The notes under the pieces were generated by a model. It made no database searches and was not told the origin of the DNA. It saw only the letters and a list, made by a program, of their open reading frames with translations. A DNA stretch of 64,000 bases from Bifidobacterium breve (GTDB taxonomy: Bacteria > Actinomycetota > Acidimicrobiia > IMCC26256 > JAENVU01), in NCBI GenBank assembly GCA_945865605.1, contig CAMBEL010000003.1:3480-67479 (forward strand). Direction: 5' to 3'. Each line of letters starts with the position of its first letter. Within the stretch, counting starts at the first letter, position 1. This document shows positions 22,142 to 31,850 of this stretch, piece by piece. A program made the translations under genes and the position numbers.

Positions 22142-23295
22142 GCGTTTACAACCGTTCGTTCCCTCAAACCGCGTACCAGCTCTGGAACGATTGTGATGCA
22201 CGCATCTACGTCTGCGTCGGTAGATGCAACGCCGAGGCTAAACCGCACCGATGCCAAAGCGTCTTCGCGACTCATGCCCATAGCTTTGAGTACGTAGGAC
22301 GGTTCGGTCGCTCCCGAAGAACAAGACGATCCTGCCGCCGCAGCAATCCCCCGTTGATCCAACATGAGCAGAAGCACTTCAGCTTCGATTCCTGGGAAGC
22401 AAACATGAAGGTTGCCAGCTACCTTCGCCGCCACGTCACCGTTGACCCGTGTTTCGGGCAACGCGACATGTATTCCATCCCAGAGACGGTCGCGTAGCGC
22501 GCCGATGCGAATCAATTCACCCGCACGACGTTCTTGCGTGATGCGAAGCGCCGTTGCGAGCGCGATTGCTCCGGCCACGTTGACAGTGCCGGAACGCAAC
22601 CCACGTTCCTGCCCGCCTCCCTCGATGTCTGGCCGCAGATCAGTCCCGTCACGAACTATGAGTACGCCCATTCCTTTAGGTCCACCAAACTTGTGACCAG
22701 AAATCGCGACTAGATCGCAACCCGAAGTCGCGGTCGCTACATCGATCCAAGGAACCGCTTGTACCGCGTCTGTATGGAGACACGCGTTAGGGGCACGCTC
22801 ACGCACCACTGCCGTCACCTTGTCGAGCGGCTGCACCGTTCCCACCTCATTGTTCACGAGCATCACCGAGACGACGACTGTGCGTTCGTCGAGAAGATCG
22901 GCGAATTGATCGAGATCGATGATCCCGCCGCTAGTCACCGCCGCCTCGTAAATGTGGAATCCCTCACTCGCCAACCGATGCGCCGAGGCGAGCACGCCCT
23001 TGTGTTCGAATGCCGTAGTTACCACGCCATCGCCTAGGTGCCGCCGAGCCCTAGCGGACCCTTTCACCGCGAGGTTGTCGGCCTCGGTGCCACTGCCGGT
23101 GAACACAATTTCAGCTGCACGGCACCCGAGCAAGGCTGCAATGTTTTCCCTGGCCTCTTCTAAAGCGGTCTTCGCTTCTTGGGCCGCGCGGTGTCCCCCA
23201 GACGGATTGCCCGGGTGATCGGCGAGGAAGGGCAGCATCGCTTCAATCGCCTCTGGGAGTACCGGCGTGCTGGCAGCGTGGTCTAAGTAATGCAC
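22138..23295 (-). CDS. iscS: Cysteine desulfurase (IscS/NifS type, probable MnmA partner)
   Basis: YLDHAAST, GNPS, NNEVG, DAVQ, SGHKFGGPKG, GSSCSSG; start set at GTG 23295 with TACAAT 7 nt upstream. Confidence 0.92.
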   Translation of the reverse strand: MHYLDHAASTPVLPEAIEAMLPFLADHPGNPSGGHRAAQEAKTALEEARENIAALLGCRAAEIVFTGSGTEADNLAVKGSARARRHLGDGVVTTAFEHKGVLASAHRLASEGFHIYEAAVTSGGIIDLDQFADLLDERTVVVSVMLVNNEVGTVQPLDKVTAVVRERAPNACLHTDAVQAVPWIDVATATSGCDLVAISGHKFGGPKGMGVLIVRDGTDLRPDIEGGGQERGLRSGTVNVAGAIALATALRITQERRAGELIRIGALRDRLWDGIHVALPETRVNGDVAAKVAGNLHVCFPGIEAEVLLLMLDQRGIAAAAGSSCSSGATEPSYVLKAMGMSREDALASVRFSLGVASTDADVDACITIVPELVRGLRERTVVNA

Positions 23296-23458
23296 TGGGA
23301 CGATTGTAGAAGAACCAATAGGCCAAATGACTCTGTCAGGGGTGGAACTTCCTGACGAAAATGAACGTTGATAGGAACAACGGCGCACGCGGAGTCGCTC
23401 GAACATGAGCGGAAAGGTTGCCCCGATGACTGTCACACCCTTGGCGGATACTGACGTT

Positions 23459-23620
23459 GTGAGCACACAACTGCTACTCGTACCGAGCGGGATACCCCGC
23501 GTATTGGATTCCCGGACTCGCCGACGAGGCAGGGCGGGAGTGGCCGAAGCCCGGAGACGCCTAGCGGCGATCCGCCCGCCTGCGGCTAGCGCCAGCAATT
23601 CACTGTTGCGCGCTGGGTAA
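23459..23620 (+). CDS. Small basic hypothetical protein (53 aa)
   Basis: MSTQLLLVPSGIPRVLDSRTRRRGRAGVAEARRRLAAIRP...; fills the gap between iscS and the mutase; could start upstream at 23405. Confidence 0.6.
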   Translation: MSTQLLLVPSGIPRVLDSRTRRRGRAGVAEARRRLAAIRPPAASASNSLLRAG

Positions 23621-23636
23621 GAGGTTCTATTCCGCC

Positions 23637-25223
23637 CTAGCGGGCTGGCTGGTATACACCGAAGACCCCACGCAGGACATCCGACACCTCGCCCAACGTC
23701 GCGTGAGCCCGTAACGCAACCTTCATAGATGGCAGCAGGTTCTCGGTTCCTTGAGCTGCTTTGCGCAGCGAGTCGAGAGAAGCATCGACGAGCGGCTGAT
23801 CTCTTCTGGCCCGTAAAGCCTGCAAGCGCGTGACCTGGCCGCGCTCCAATTCTGGGTCTATCGGAAATACCTCGGTGTCTTCATCATCGTCCTCTTCATA
23901 TCGATTGACGCCGACAATCACTTTCTCGCCGCCGTCGACCGCCTTCGCCCAATCAAACGCCGCGCGCTCGATTTCATCTTGCATGAAACCTCCCTCGATC
24001 GCCGCGACCGAACCGCCCATCGCGTCTATCCGCTCGATGTACTTCCATGCGTCAGACTCCACTGCGTTAGTCAGTGATTCGACAAAGTAGGAACCAGCAA
24101 GTGGATCAACGGTATCGGTGATGCCAGTTTCGTACGCCACGATTTGTTGTGTACGCAACGCGATCTTCGCCGCCTTTTCGGTAGGCAACCCGAGCGCTTC
24201 GTCAAACCCATTCGTGTGCAGGCTCTGAGTTCCGCCTAGCGCGGCGGACAGCGCTTGAAGCGCGACGCGCACAATGTTGTTCTCCGGTTGTTGTGCTGTG
24301 AGCATTGAGCCGGCAGTCTGCGTATGGAAGCGCAGCACCTTGGACTTCTCGTCTTGTGCCCCGAAGCGTTCGGTCATGATCCGATACCACATACGGCGCG
24401 CGGCACGAAACTTGGCCACTTCCTCGAAGAAGTCATTGTGGCCGTTCCAGAAGAACGACAAACGTGGACCAAAGTCGTCGATTCCTAACCCGGCATCGAC
24501 CGCGGCCTGCACATAGGCGATCGCATTCGACAACGTGAACGCGACTTCCTGCACCGCGGTGCTACCAGCTTCGCGAATGTGGTATCCCGAGATTGAGATC
24601 GTGTTCCATTGAGGAATGTTCTCGTGGCAATACGAAAAGATGTCGGTGATGATCCGCATCGATTCACGCGGTGGATAGATGTAGGTGCCGCGCGCGACGT
24701 ACTCCTTCAGCAAGTCGTTCTGGATGGTCCCACCAAGATCCTTGGGAGACACCCCTTGTTTCTCTGCAACCAGTTCGTATAGGAGCAACAAGACAGCAGC
24801 GGTCGAGTTGATCGTCATAGACGTAGTCACGGTGTCTAGAGGAAGGCCTGCAAGCAACAACTCCATGTCCTCGAGCGAGTCGATTGCCACGCCCACTTTC
24901 CCAACTTCGCCCTGGGCGCGGGGATGATCAGAGTCGTAACCCATCTGCGTCGGTAGGTCGAACGCGCACGACAAGCCGGTCTGGCCAGCACCGAGAAGAA
25001 AGTGGAACCGCTTGTTGGTCTCTTCGGCGGTTCCAAACCCTGAGTACTGACGCATCGTCCATGGACGGGTGCGATACATCGACTCGTAGATACCCCTGGT
25101 GTACGGCGGCTTGCCGGGAGCACCGAGGCTCTCGTCGGCGTCGAATCCGAACAGATCCGAAGCCGAGTAAACCGGATTTATCTCAATGCCCGAACCAGTT
25201 TGACGATGGGTACCTTCGGCCAT
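23637..25223 (-). CDS. Methylmalonyl-CoA mutase, stand-alone substrate-binding (large) subunit
   Basis: [52 protein letters not shown]; no DxHxxG B12 domain. Confidence 0.92.
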   Translation of the reverse strand: MAEGTHRQTGSGIEINPVYSASDLFGFDADESLGAPGKPPYTRGIYESMYRTRPWTMRQYSGFGTAEETNKRFHFLLGAGQTGLSCAFDLPTQMGYDSDHPRAQGEVGKVGVAIDSLEDMELLLAGLPLDTVTTSMTINSTAAVLLLLYELVAEKQGVSPKDLGGTIQNDLLKEYVARGTYIYPPRESMRIITDIFSYCHENIPQWNTISISGYHIREAGSTAVQEVAFTLSNAIAYVQAAVDAGLGIDDFGPRLSFFWNGHNDFFEEVAKFRAARRMWYRIMTERFGAQDEKSKVLRFHTQTAGSMLTAQQPENNIVRVALQALSAALGGTQSLHTNGFDEALGLPTEKAAKIALRTQQIVAYETGITDTVDPLAGSYFVESLTNAVESDAWKYIERIDAMGGSVAAIEGGFMQDEIERAAFDWAKAVDGGEKVIVGVNRYEEDDDEDTEVFPIDPELERGQVTRLQALRARRDQPLVDASLDSLRKAAQGTENLLPSMKVALRAHATLGEVSDVLRGVFGVYQPAR

Positions 25224-25250
25224 GCAGGCATCGTACCGGCGGGATCTCGC

Positions 25251-25670
25251 TCATCCGGTACGTGGCGCTGCAGTCGCACTCGCACCGATTTCCTTCGCGT
25301 TCACGCCGATGATGCGCAAGAGCGTGGTGGGAACAGGTCGACGCAACCTCACAACTGCACGCTCGGCATTGACGTCTACTGCCACATCGGTTCCGCGTGG
25401 CAGTGCTGAGGCTCCAAGCAAACGAGCAATCACGATGCGAGCACGATCCGGATCCAGCTTCACCACCATTCCAGATGAGGCGCGATACGCGCCCTCATCC
25501 AACGCCGAAGCCGCTGCGAGGGCCGCTGCATCGGCCTGATTCTGGAGGTCCCGACGAGCGGTAAACATGCGAGCACCATCAATACCGAGCCCAGCGAAGG
25601 CGAGCGAGAGTAACAACGCCCCAATAATGAGTGGGGACGCTTGCCCTGACTCTCGGTCTTGAGCCTTCAT
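25251..25670 (-). CDS. TadG/TadE-like pseudopilin
   Basis: DRESG|QASPLII type IVb cleavage motif, LQNQADAAALAAA. Confidence 0.85.
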   Translation of the reverse strand: MKAQDRESGQASPLIIGALLLSLAFAGLGIDGARMFTARRDLQNQADAAALAAASALDEGAYRASSGMVVKLDPDRARIVIARLLGASALPRGTDVAVDVNAERAVVRLRRPVPTTLLRIIGVNAKEIGASATAAPRTG

Positions 25671-26086
25671 CCAAAACCCCTGTAGCGATCGACCTGCACT
25701 GCATGTGAAGCCTCGACTGGCACAGAAAAAGACGGCCACACTGCGCCGACGAATGGAAGTTGTGCAATAGGCACTGAGGTGCGTACGCGAACGATCAACA
25801 CGTCGCCTCTGCGGCGACCCCCCTCAACCGTCGCGCTCAAGGTTCCCGCTGGTAGTCCATGGTTGCGCGCCACCTGCGCAACAACGGCCGCGCCATGCCA
25901 TACCGCGCCTTGTTCCGAATCGGCAATCACGACTGCCCTCCCGTATTCGCGAGCAGCTGCGCTCGTAGCAAGAGTCGCACGATGGAGGGATCCGAAGAGC
26001 ACGACTGCCTCGACGAGAACACCAAACACAAGGCTGCCAAGAACAACAAACTCGACAATCGCTGAACCTCGGTCGCGCGACCTCAT
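25667..26086 (-). CDS. TadE-like pseudopilin
   Basis: DRG|SAIVEF prepilin motif, AAAREYGR. Confidence 0.85.
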   Translation of the reverse strand: MRSRDRGSAIVEFVVLGSLVFGVLVEAVVLFGSLHRATLATSAAAREYGRAVVIADSEQGAVWHGAAVVAQVARNHGLPAGTLSATVEGGRRRGDVLIVRVRTSVPIAQLPFVGAVWPSFSVPVEASHAVQVDRYRGFG

Positions 26087-26469
26087 GGCAGAACGAAGTC
26101 TTCATCCAAGGCCGTTGCTAGCGAATCGACTGTGAACGACGGCAAGAAGGGCATGATCCGCGGCGCGTTTCCGTGCGCACGAACCGCAACGGAAACACCC
26201 GACTGGCCGACCTCCACCGCGAAACCTTTCGCAGATCCACCGAGCCCATCCCGCAACAGTGACCGAGCGCGCGTGACGCCATCTTCCAGTGGCCTTCCGG
26301 ACTCCGCCGCTGTGCGCGCTCCTTCGTGGGTTGCAGTCACTGCGACGTTTCGCGCCCATACCCAAATAGCCAGTTGCGCTACTCCGAGCAGGCACACAAC
26401 GGTAAGCACCGCGACGGCCAGGAATTCGACAACCGTCGATCCCTGGGCATCGCGCTCAACGTTCCGCAC
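26083..26469 (-). CDS. TadE-like pseudopilin
   Basis: AQG|STVVEF motif, ATHEGAR. Confidence 0.87.
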   Translation of the reverse strand: MRNVERDAQGSTVVEFLAVAVLTVVCLLGVAQLAIWVWARNVAVTATHEGARTAAESGRPLEDGVTRARSLLRDGLGGSAKGFAVEVGQSGVSVAVRAHGNAPRIMPFLPSFTVDSLATALDEDFVLP

Positions 26470-26472
26470 GCG

Positions 26473-26625
26473 CTATCCCCGCAACTGGTTCAACGCATCC
26501 GACACGATGGAACTGAGGTTCGGTTGCACAATCGCCCAGAGGGCCATCACTACACCGATCCCCATCACTAGCAACATCACCCATTCGGGGATCGAACCCC
26601 GTTCATCTGACCATCGTTCATGCAT
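26473..26625 (-). CDS. Flp-type major pilin (50 aa; below ORF-track cutoff)
   Basis: MHERWSDERG|SIPEWVMLLVMGIGVVMALWAIVQPNLSSIVSDALNQLRG; AAAGGA RBS; between tadC and tadE. Confidence 0.85.
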   Translation of the reverse strand: MHERWSDERGSIPEWVMLLVMGIGVVMALWAIVQPNLSSIVSDALNQLRG

Positions 26626-26636
26626 AACGGTTCCTT

Positions 26637-27572
26637 TCAATTTGCCAATGTCCGAATAGCGACGATGCCTGGATAGAACGCGAAAAGGATCGCGACCGGG
26701 AGTATCAGCGCGACCACCGGTACCAGCATCGAAACCTGTTTGCGACCAGCCGCCTCAATGAGCTCGCGCTTTGCACGTTCGCGTTCGTCAAAGGCCATCG
26801 CGCGTAATGAGTCGGCTAAGGGGATGCCGCGATCCTGGGCAATCGCGATCGCGTCAATGAATCGGTCGAAGGCCGGTAAGCCAATCCTCCGAGCGCGATC
26901 CCTCAAGGTGTCCACTAACGGCACGCCGCCACGCGCTAGGCGAAGCGCTGTTCGAAGTTCACTTGCAAGCGGCCCAGTCCCATCGGTGGCAACCATCTGA
27001 AGGGAACCGCGAAGACTCTCGCCAGCAGTAACCGCTATGCAAGCAACATCAACGACAGTCGGTAACTCCGCCAATGCGCGTGTGCGCCGAGATGTGATTG
27101 AGCGCGTCAGTCGTCTATCGCGCGCCACCAAACCAAGAACCCCCGCAGCTACTGCAAGAATGAGAGCTGCGACAGGACCGGGGGGACGGCCGGTTGCCGC
27201 CATCAACATTGACGCAGCGATCCCCACCACGAAGCCGACCAGCATCCAGGTCACCTGTTCAGCGCGGAATGCAGATACTCCGAGTGGGCTCGCCGCCGCC
27301 TCCAATCTTTCTGGAAGGTCGCGTCCGTCATCGCCAATAACTCGTGCGAGCGCGCGGCCCCACTTCTCGAAGACCGGTTGGAGCAACCCTCTCAGTCCAG
27401 TCATTTCGACGGGATCCCTCCAATTGACCTTGCGACCAGGGCCGTGAGTTGCAAGGTACGGAGTGAGGCGACGGGCCAGGTCGGCGCGTCCGAAGCGAGG
27501 GTGCGCAAAGACAACGCAGGTGAAACCAACTAGCCCGAAGCCGACCACGACGATCGCGCGAAGTTGGTTCAT
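26637..27572 (-). CDS. tadC: Tad pilus membrane platform protein (T2SS F family)
   Basis: ELPTVVD, AGESL, DRGIPLADSLR, AGRKQVSMLVP. Confidence 0.9.
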   Translation of the reverse strand: MNQLRAIVVVGFGLVGFTCVVFAHPRFGRADLARRLTPYLATHGPGRKVNWRDPVEMTGLRGLLQPVFEKWGRALARVIGDDGRDLPERLEAAASPLGVSAFRAEQVTWMLVGFVVGIAASMLMAATGRPPGPVAALILAVAAGVLGLVARDRRLTRSITSRRTRALAELPTVVDVACIAVTAGESLRGSLQMVATDGTGPLASELRTALRLARGGVPLVDTLRDRARRIGLPAFDRFIDAIAIAQDRGIPLADSLRAMAFDERERAKRELIEAAGRKQVSMLVPVVALILPVAILFAFYPGIVAIRTLAN

Positions 27573-28453
27573 GCGTGCGTTCCTGCGACAGCACTGCGTC
27601 CCAGGACGCGCGGTTCGTCCGGTATCCGCCCAATGGCGACCATGAGGCGATAACCAACGAAGGTCATCGCACCGCCGATAGTTACAACAATGGCCCCAGC
27701 GACGGACTCAAATGCATTGGCACCCTGGGGTCGACTAGCCACCATGAGCAACACGAGGACCGGTGCCGACGCGGCAACACGCGCCGCTACAAGCGTCCAA
27801 GACTGTCGTGCGATTATCTCTTTGCGAACCGCCAAATCCTCCCGTAGGAATGCTCCGAGAGTGACGAGCACACGCACGAGATCGCGACCCCCTACACGAT
27901 GGGCAACAACAAGGGTCGCGACGACACGGTCTGCAACTGGATCTGCCAGGGCATCGCCAAGCCTCATCAGCGCTGCGGCGAGATCGCCGGATACGCGATT
28001 GTCTGCGACGACTCGCCGGAACGTTGGCCTCAAAGCGTCGGGACCCTGCTCGGCAAGCAGAGACAAAGCTGCGGGCAAGGTGTCGCCGGTTCGCACCGAA
28101 CCTGCCAGTAGATCAATCGCTTCCGGCCAAGCACCGCGCCTGGCTGCTTGCACTTCGCGACGGCGGCGTTGCACGAAAGACACCGGTGCGCAAGACGCTG
28201 CAACCAGTCCTAAGAGTGCCACCGTCGCAGATCCAATGAATACGAGACACAGCGCTGCGGTGGCGACACCGCATCCGACGCACGCGCACAGGAAAACACG
28301 CGGCGTCACACCGGCAAGACCAGCTGTCGATAACCAGACTCCCAGTCGTTCAGCTGGCGTGCCACGCGTCGTTGTGGCCTTGGGCATTTTTGTAATGACG
28401 TCGTAAGTGATGAACACTCCGGTCGCGAGCAGCACAGCAACGACGACGCTCAT
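27569..28453 (-). CDS. tadB: Tad pilus membrane platform protein (T2SS F family)
   Basis: WPEAIDLLAGSVRTG, LADPVADR, ARQSW. Confidence 0.9.
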   Translation of the reverse strand: MSVVVAVLLATGVFITYDVITKMPKATTTRGTPAERLGVWLSTAGLAGVTPRVFLCACVGCGVATAALCLVFIGSATVALLGLVAASCAPVSFVQRRRREVQAARRGAWPEAIDLLAGSVRTGDTLPAALSLLAEQGPDALRPTFRRVVADNRVSGDLAAALMRLGDALADPVADRVVATLVVAHRVGGRDLVRVLVTLGAFLREDLAVRKEIIARQSWTLVAARVAASAPVLVLLMVASRPQGANAFESVAGAIVVTIGGAMTFVGYRLMVAIGRIPDEPRVLGRSAVAGTHA

Positions 28454-29667
28454 CGCAGAACCCCGTGGATATCAATGCCGTGTTCTGCGAACCGTTCACA
28501 TGCACCTGGGACTTCGCCGGTCCAGACAAGACCCTTCGCAGAACATTCGAACACGGTGCCAGTTGTAGGTACATCTCCGTCACCGAGTTGGTCTTCTACC
28601 GCCACGATCTCGGTGACAACGCGCTTGCCGCCGCTGCGCTGAGCGAAGACAACGAGATCAACGCAAGCCGCGACCGTCGAAGCAACGAACTTGCGGTCGA
28701 GGTTCTCACCTGCGAGAAGTGGCAGCGTTGTTAGTTTCCGCAACGCTTCCCTTGCGGAGTTTGCGTGCACCGAAGTCATTCCAGAAGCGCCGCTATTGAG
28801 CGCCAGCAACATATCGAGAGATTCAGCGCCGCGAACTTCTCCAACGATGATGCGATCGGGTCGCATCCGTAGGCTCTCGCGTACCAAATCCCTGAGAGTG
28901 ACGATCCCCTCGCCCTCGAGGTTGGCCTGACGACATTGCATTGCGACCACGTCAGGGCGCTCTATTCCAAGTTCGAATACTTCCTCACAGGTAACGATCC
29001 GTTCTCTTGGCGAGATGCTCGCCGCGAGACAACCGAGCAGTGTCGTCTTGCCGGCACCCACCGCTCCGGCAACAACAATCGTGAATCGAGCGCGCACTGC
29101 GGCATCAAGAAATGCCGCCGCCTGCCGCGACAGTGACCCGATGGCAACTAACTCGTCGAGATGTCTGACGCGCAGGCCGACGAACTTGCGAATGTTCACG
29201 GCCCAGTGGTCGGTGATCGGCGGTATCACAACATGTAAACGGCTCCCATCCGGAAGACGCGCGTCAACAAATGGTTGCGACCTATCCAGCCTGCGGCCTG
29301 CGCGCGCCAGCATGCGTTCGACTAGTTCTTCGACCTCTTTCCTCGAAAGAACGAGATTGGTGAGTTCATGCTCTCCGTGGCGGGCGACGAAGACCTTGCC
29401 GGGTTCGTTGACCCAAATCTCTTCGATCTCGGGGTCTTCTAGCAATGGCGTCAACGGACCTAGCGCGAGCATTCGCCTTCGAAGCGACTCGACTCCTTCC
29501 TCCGTAAGCGGAGGGAGCCCGCCGTCGAGATACCGATCTCGGTAGTCGCGAACAACTTCGTCGAGCAGCAAGTGGAGATCCGCGTCGTGCTCCAAAGCCA
29601 CCTCGCGTTGCTCCAACCTTTCCCGGATCTCTAGTTCAACGATTTCTGGAGCGGCAGGCAAGATCAC
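28450..29667 (-). CDS. tadA: Tad/CpaF pilus assembly ATPase
   Basis: DARLPDGSR, Walker A GAVGAGKTT, LRMRPDRIIVGEVRG, SVHANSA; start set at GTG 29667. Confidence 0.95.
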   Translation of the reverse strand: MILPAAPEIVELEIRERLEQREVALEHDADLHLLLDEVVRDYRDRYLDGGLPPLTEEGVESLRRRMLALGPLTPLLEDPEIEEIWVNEPGKVFVARHGEHELTNLVLSRKEVEELVERMLARAGRRLDRSQPFVDARLPDGSRLHVVIPPITDHWAVNIRKFVGLRVRHLDELVAIGSLSRQAAAFLDAAVRARFTIVVAGAVGAGKTTLLGCLAASISPRERIVTCEEVFELGIERPDVVAMQCRQANLEGEGIVTLRDLVRESLRMRPDRIIVGEVRGAESLDMLLALNSGASGMTSVHANSAREALRKLTTLPLLAGENLDRKFVASTVAACVDLVVFAQRSGGKRVVTEIVAVEDQLGDGDVPTTGTVFECSAKGLVWTGEVPGACERFAEHGIDIHGVLR

Positions 29668-30854
29668 GAGAGCACTTCCGCAACTCGACGCAATTCGCGC
29701 AGCCATGGCGAACGTGGAGCGACGGCCCGGAGCGATCTGGCTTCCCACACGCATCGTTCGAATGCTGCCTCTACCGGAAGGAACCCAATGGGTGGCGCAC
29801 CTATCCAATCCGCGACAACATGGGAACACTCCTGGAGTCGGCGATGTGAACGCGGCGCGCGATTGAGTAGAAAACTCGCGTGTTCCGATGCCCTGGGACG
29901 AACCTGCTGAAGTAGTTGAAAAGCGATGATCGACCGGCGCAGTGCGACCGGATCACTTCCGCTTACGAGTAGAACGTCGGTCGCGATTTCGAGCGCGCCA
30001 AGTGTCATCAAGTTACGTCTATATGGTGCGCGATCGAAGGCCAACTCCTCGTCCTCTTCTACTGAAGCGCCAACATCAATCACCACCACGTCGGCCAGGT
30101 CACGAGCAGCATCGAGCACGGCTCTCCACGTATGGGCGCGAACTTCGGGCCAAAGATCCGGATGGCCAAGCCCCGTAAGAACTTCGAGACCTTCTTGCCT
30201 CGTCTGCAAACAAGTGCTCAGCGCTTTAGGCCAGCCGTCAGCAGCGAGTTTGGTCGCTTGCATCACCGACGGTGTTTCCGCTAGTCCCAGCGTCTGAGCA
30301 ATCGACGGCGACCAGGGATCGGCGTCGACAAGTAACACGCGGGCCCCTAAGCGCGCTGTTTCGAGCGCGAGTTCAATCGCAACAGTTGTGCGACCAGGAG
30401 CCCCTGAGCCGCCCCAAATCACAATGGCTCGCCCACAAGGACGTGCTTCCTGAGAACGACCGTTGGACTCGACCTGAGCACGCAGACCCTTGTGATCGTC
30501 ACCTGTTCCACCGATGCGATAGAGCAGCTGAATGATCTCTTCTGCCGTTTGAGAGGCATCAAGCACGTGGCTCACGCCAAGGCGATCGAGCGGACGATTG
30601 CCTAGCGAATCGATTGCTACGACGGTTACGCCGTTCTCCTGTAATTCTCCAACGAGATCACGGTCGAGCCATGGAAGTTCGGCGGCGATCAGTGCGGCTG
30701 TCGGCCTATCCCGTAACGAAACACCTAGAAGTTCACCATGATCGACGCATCGCCTGAGCAGTTCGATGCCCAGTTCGCGTTGCTGCAGTCCGCGCACAAG
30801 GGGTGCCTCCCAGGACGCACCCCCCGCACATGTGACGATTCGGATGTTCGTCAT
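29664..30854 (-). CDS. TadZ/CpaE-like MinD/ParA ATPase with receiver-like N-domain
   Basis: Deviant Walker A GSGAPGRTT, VLLVDAD; directly upstream of tadA. Confidence 0.85.
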   Translation of the reverse strand: MTNIRIVTCAGGASWEAPLVRGLQQRELGIELLRRCVDHGELLGVSLRDRPTAALIAAELPWLDRDLVGELQENGVTVVAIDSLGNRPLDRLGVSHVLDASQTAEEIIQLLYRIGGTGDDHKGLRAQVESNGRSQEARPCGRAIVIWGGSGAPGRTTVAIELALETARLGARVLLVDADPWSPSIAQTLGLAETPSVMQATKLAADGWPKALSTCLQTRQEGLEVLTGLGHPDLWPEVRAHTWRAVLDAARDLADVVVIDVGASVEEDEELAFDRAPYRRNLMTLGALEIATDVLLVSGSDPVALRRSIIAFQLLQQVRPRASEHASFLLNRAPRSHRRLQECSHVVADWIGAPPIGFLPVEAAFERCVWEARSLRAVAPRSPWLRELRRVAEVLS

Positions 30855-31528
30855 GGCAACTCAACCATGTCGAAACTTGAACGCGCTTCCTGGCCCTCGA
30901 CATCCTCAATAATGTCGATTTCGGCGTTGCGCGATGCAAACACAACAACGACGGCTTCATCGGCTGCGACGCGCAGCGTCACCGCGCCTAGTGCGCCCTC
31001 GTCCTGGCCGAACAATCCATCTGAACGCACCACCTCGATCACCTGTGCGCTCACCGCTACCGTGATCGTGCGCGCAGTCTCCGTACCCTTTGCGAATGTC
31101 GCCAGTACGTCTACGCGGTCACCAGCTCGTATCGCGCCGCCAAGTGCATGATCCGCGCTCACGGGGACTGTCACCCTTCGACCGCGCGGCGCCGCAGCTC
31201 CCAGCGAGTCGGCCGACACCAGTGCCCCAGTCCTCAACGGTTCGCGTATCACGCGTCCGATCGGGGGACCTGCGCTCGTCGTAAGCAACGCATCGATCAC
31301 AGAAGGGACGGCAGAAACGCGCGTCGGTTCAAAGTCTGCACGTGTCACCACATGACCGACCGAAAGATCAGTAGCAGCCCTGTAGACCGACACGGAGGTG
31401 TCCTCGTTGCTCGATAGACGCAACCCGCCGACGATTGACACAGCGATTAAAACGAGGCCGATGACGAGCCGCACATCTACCCTCGGAAGTCGAAAAGCGA
31501 AACGCTGACGCGCAACGTGGGCTGTCAT
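30851..31528 (-). CDS. cpaB: CpaB/RcpC SAF-domain pilus assembly protein
   Basis: TM segment, AATDLSVG SAF domain, GGAIRAGDRVDVLAT. Confidence 0.85.
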   Translation of the reverse strand: MTAHVARQRFAFRLPRVDVRLVIGLVLIAVSIVGGLRLSSNEDTSVSVYRAATDLSVGHVVTRADFEPTRVSAVPSVIDALLTTSAGPPIGRVIREPLRTGALVSADSLGAAAPRGRRVTVPVSADHALGGAIRAGDRVDVLATFAKGTETARTITVAVSAQVIEVVRSDGLFGQDEGALGAVTLRVAADEAVVVVFASRNAEIDIIEDVEGQEARSSFDMVELP

Positions 31529-31547
31529 TAGAGGACCTTCACCACAT

Positions 31548-31590
31548 CAACACGAGGCTTCGCTACGGTGTTGGACGCAACACTGTCCAA
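31548..31590. promoter_or_regulatory. Nested inverted repeats between cpaB and the divergent HTH gene
   Basis: CAACAC-N14-GTGTTG overlapping TTGGAC-N8-GTCCAA. Confidence 0.5.
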
Positions 31591-31636
31591 TGCCATGATC
31601 GAAACCGTGATCAAAACAGCAGGAAGGAACTCCGAA

Positions 31637-31843
31637 GTGGAAGATCTACCTCCATCCCTTTTGCGCCCAGCCGAGGTGGCCGAGGTGCTGAATGTCAGCG
31701 TCTCCCAGGTGTACACGTTGATGCGTACCGGTGAGGTCGCTGCACTCAAGATCGGACGCAAGGGCGTGTGGCGCGTTAGCCGCGAAACCCTTGAGGCGTA
31801 CATCGCGCAACTTGAGGCGGACGCACGCGCACGCACGAAGTAG
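31637..31843 (+). CDS. Excisionase/BldC-like HTH_17 DNA-binding protein
   Basis: LLRPAEVAEVLNVSVSQVYTLMRTGEVAALKIGRKGVWRV; GTG 31637 has AGGAAGGA 8 nt upstream (alternative ATG 31595). Confidence 0.88.
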   Translation: MEDLPPSLLRPAEVAEVLNVSVSQVYTLMRTGEVAALKIGRKGVWRVSRETLEAYIAQLEADARARTK

Positions 31844-31850
31844 GGGATCA

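Noticed and set aside
23399-23414. TCGAACATGAGCGGAA as a LexA SOS box
   Set aside because: Only the left half-site matches CGAAC-N4-GTTCG.
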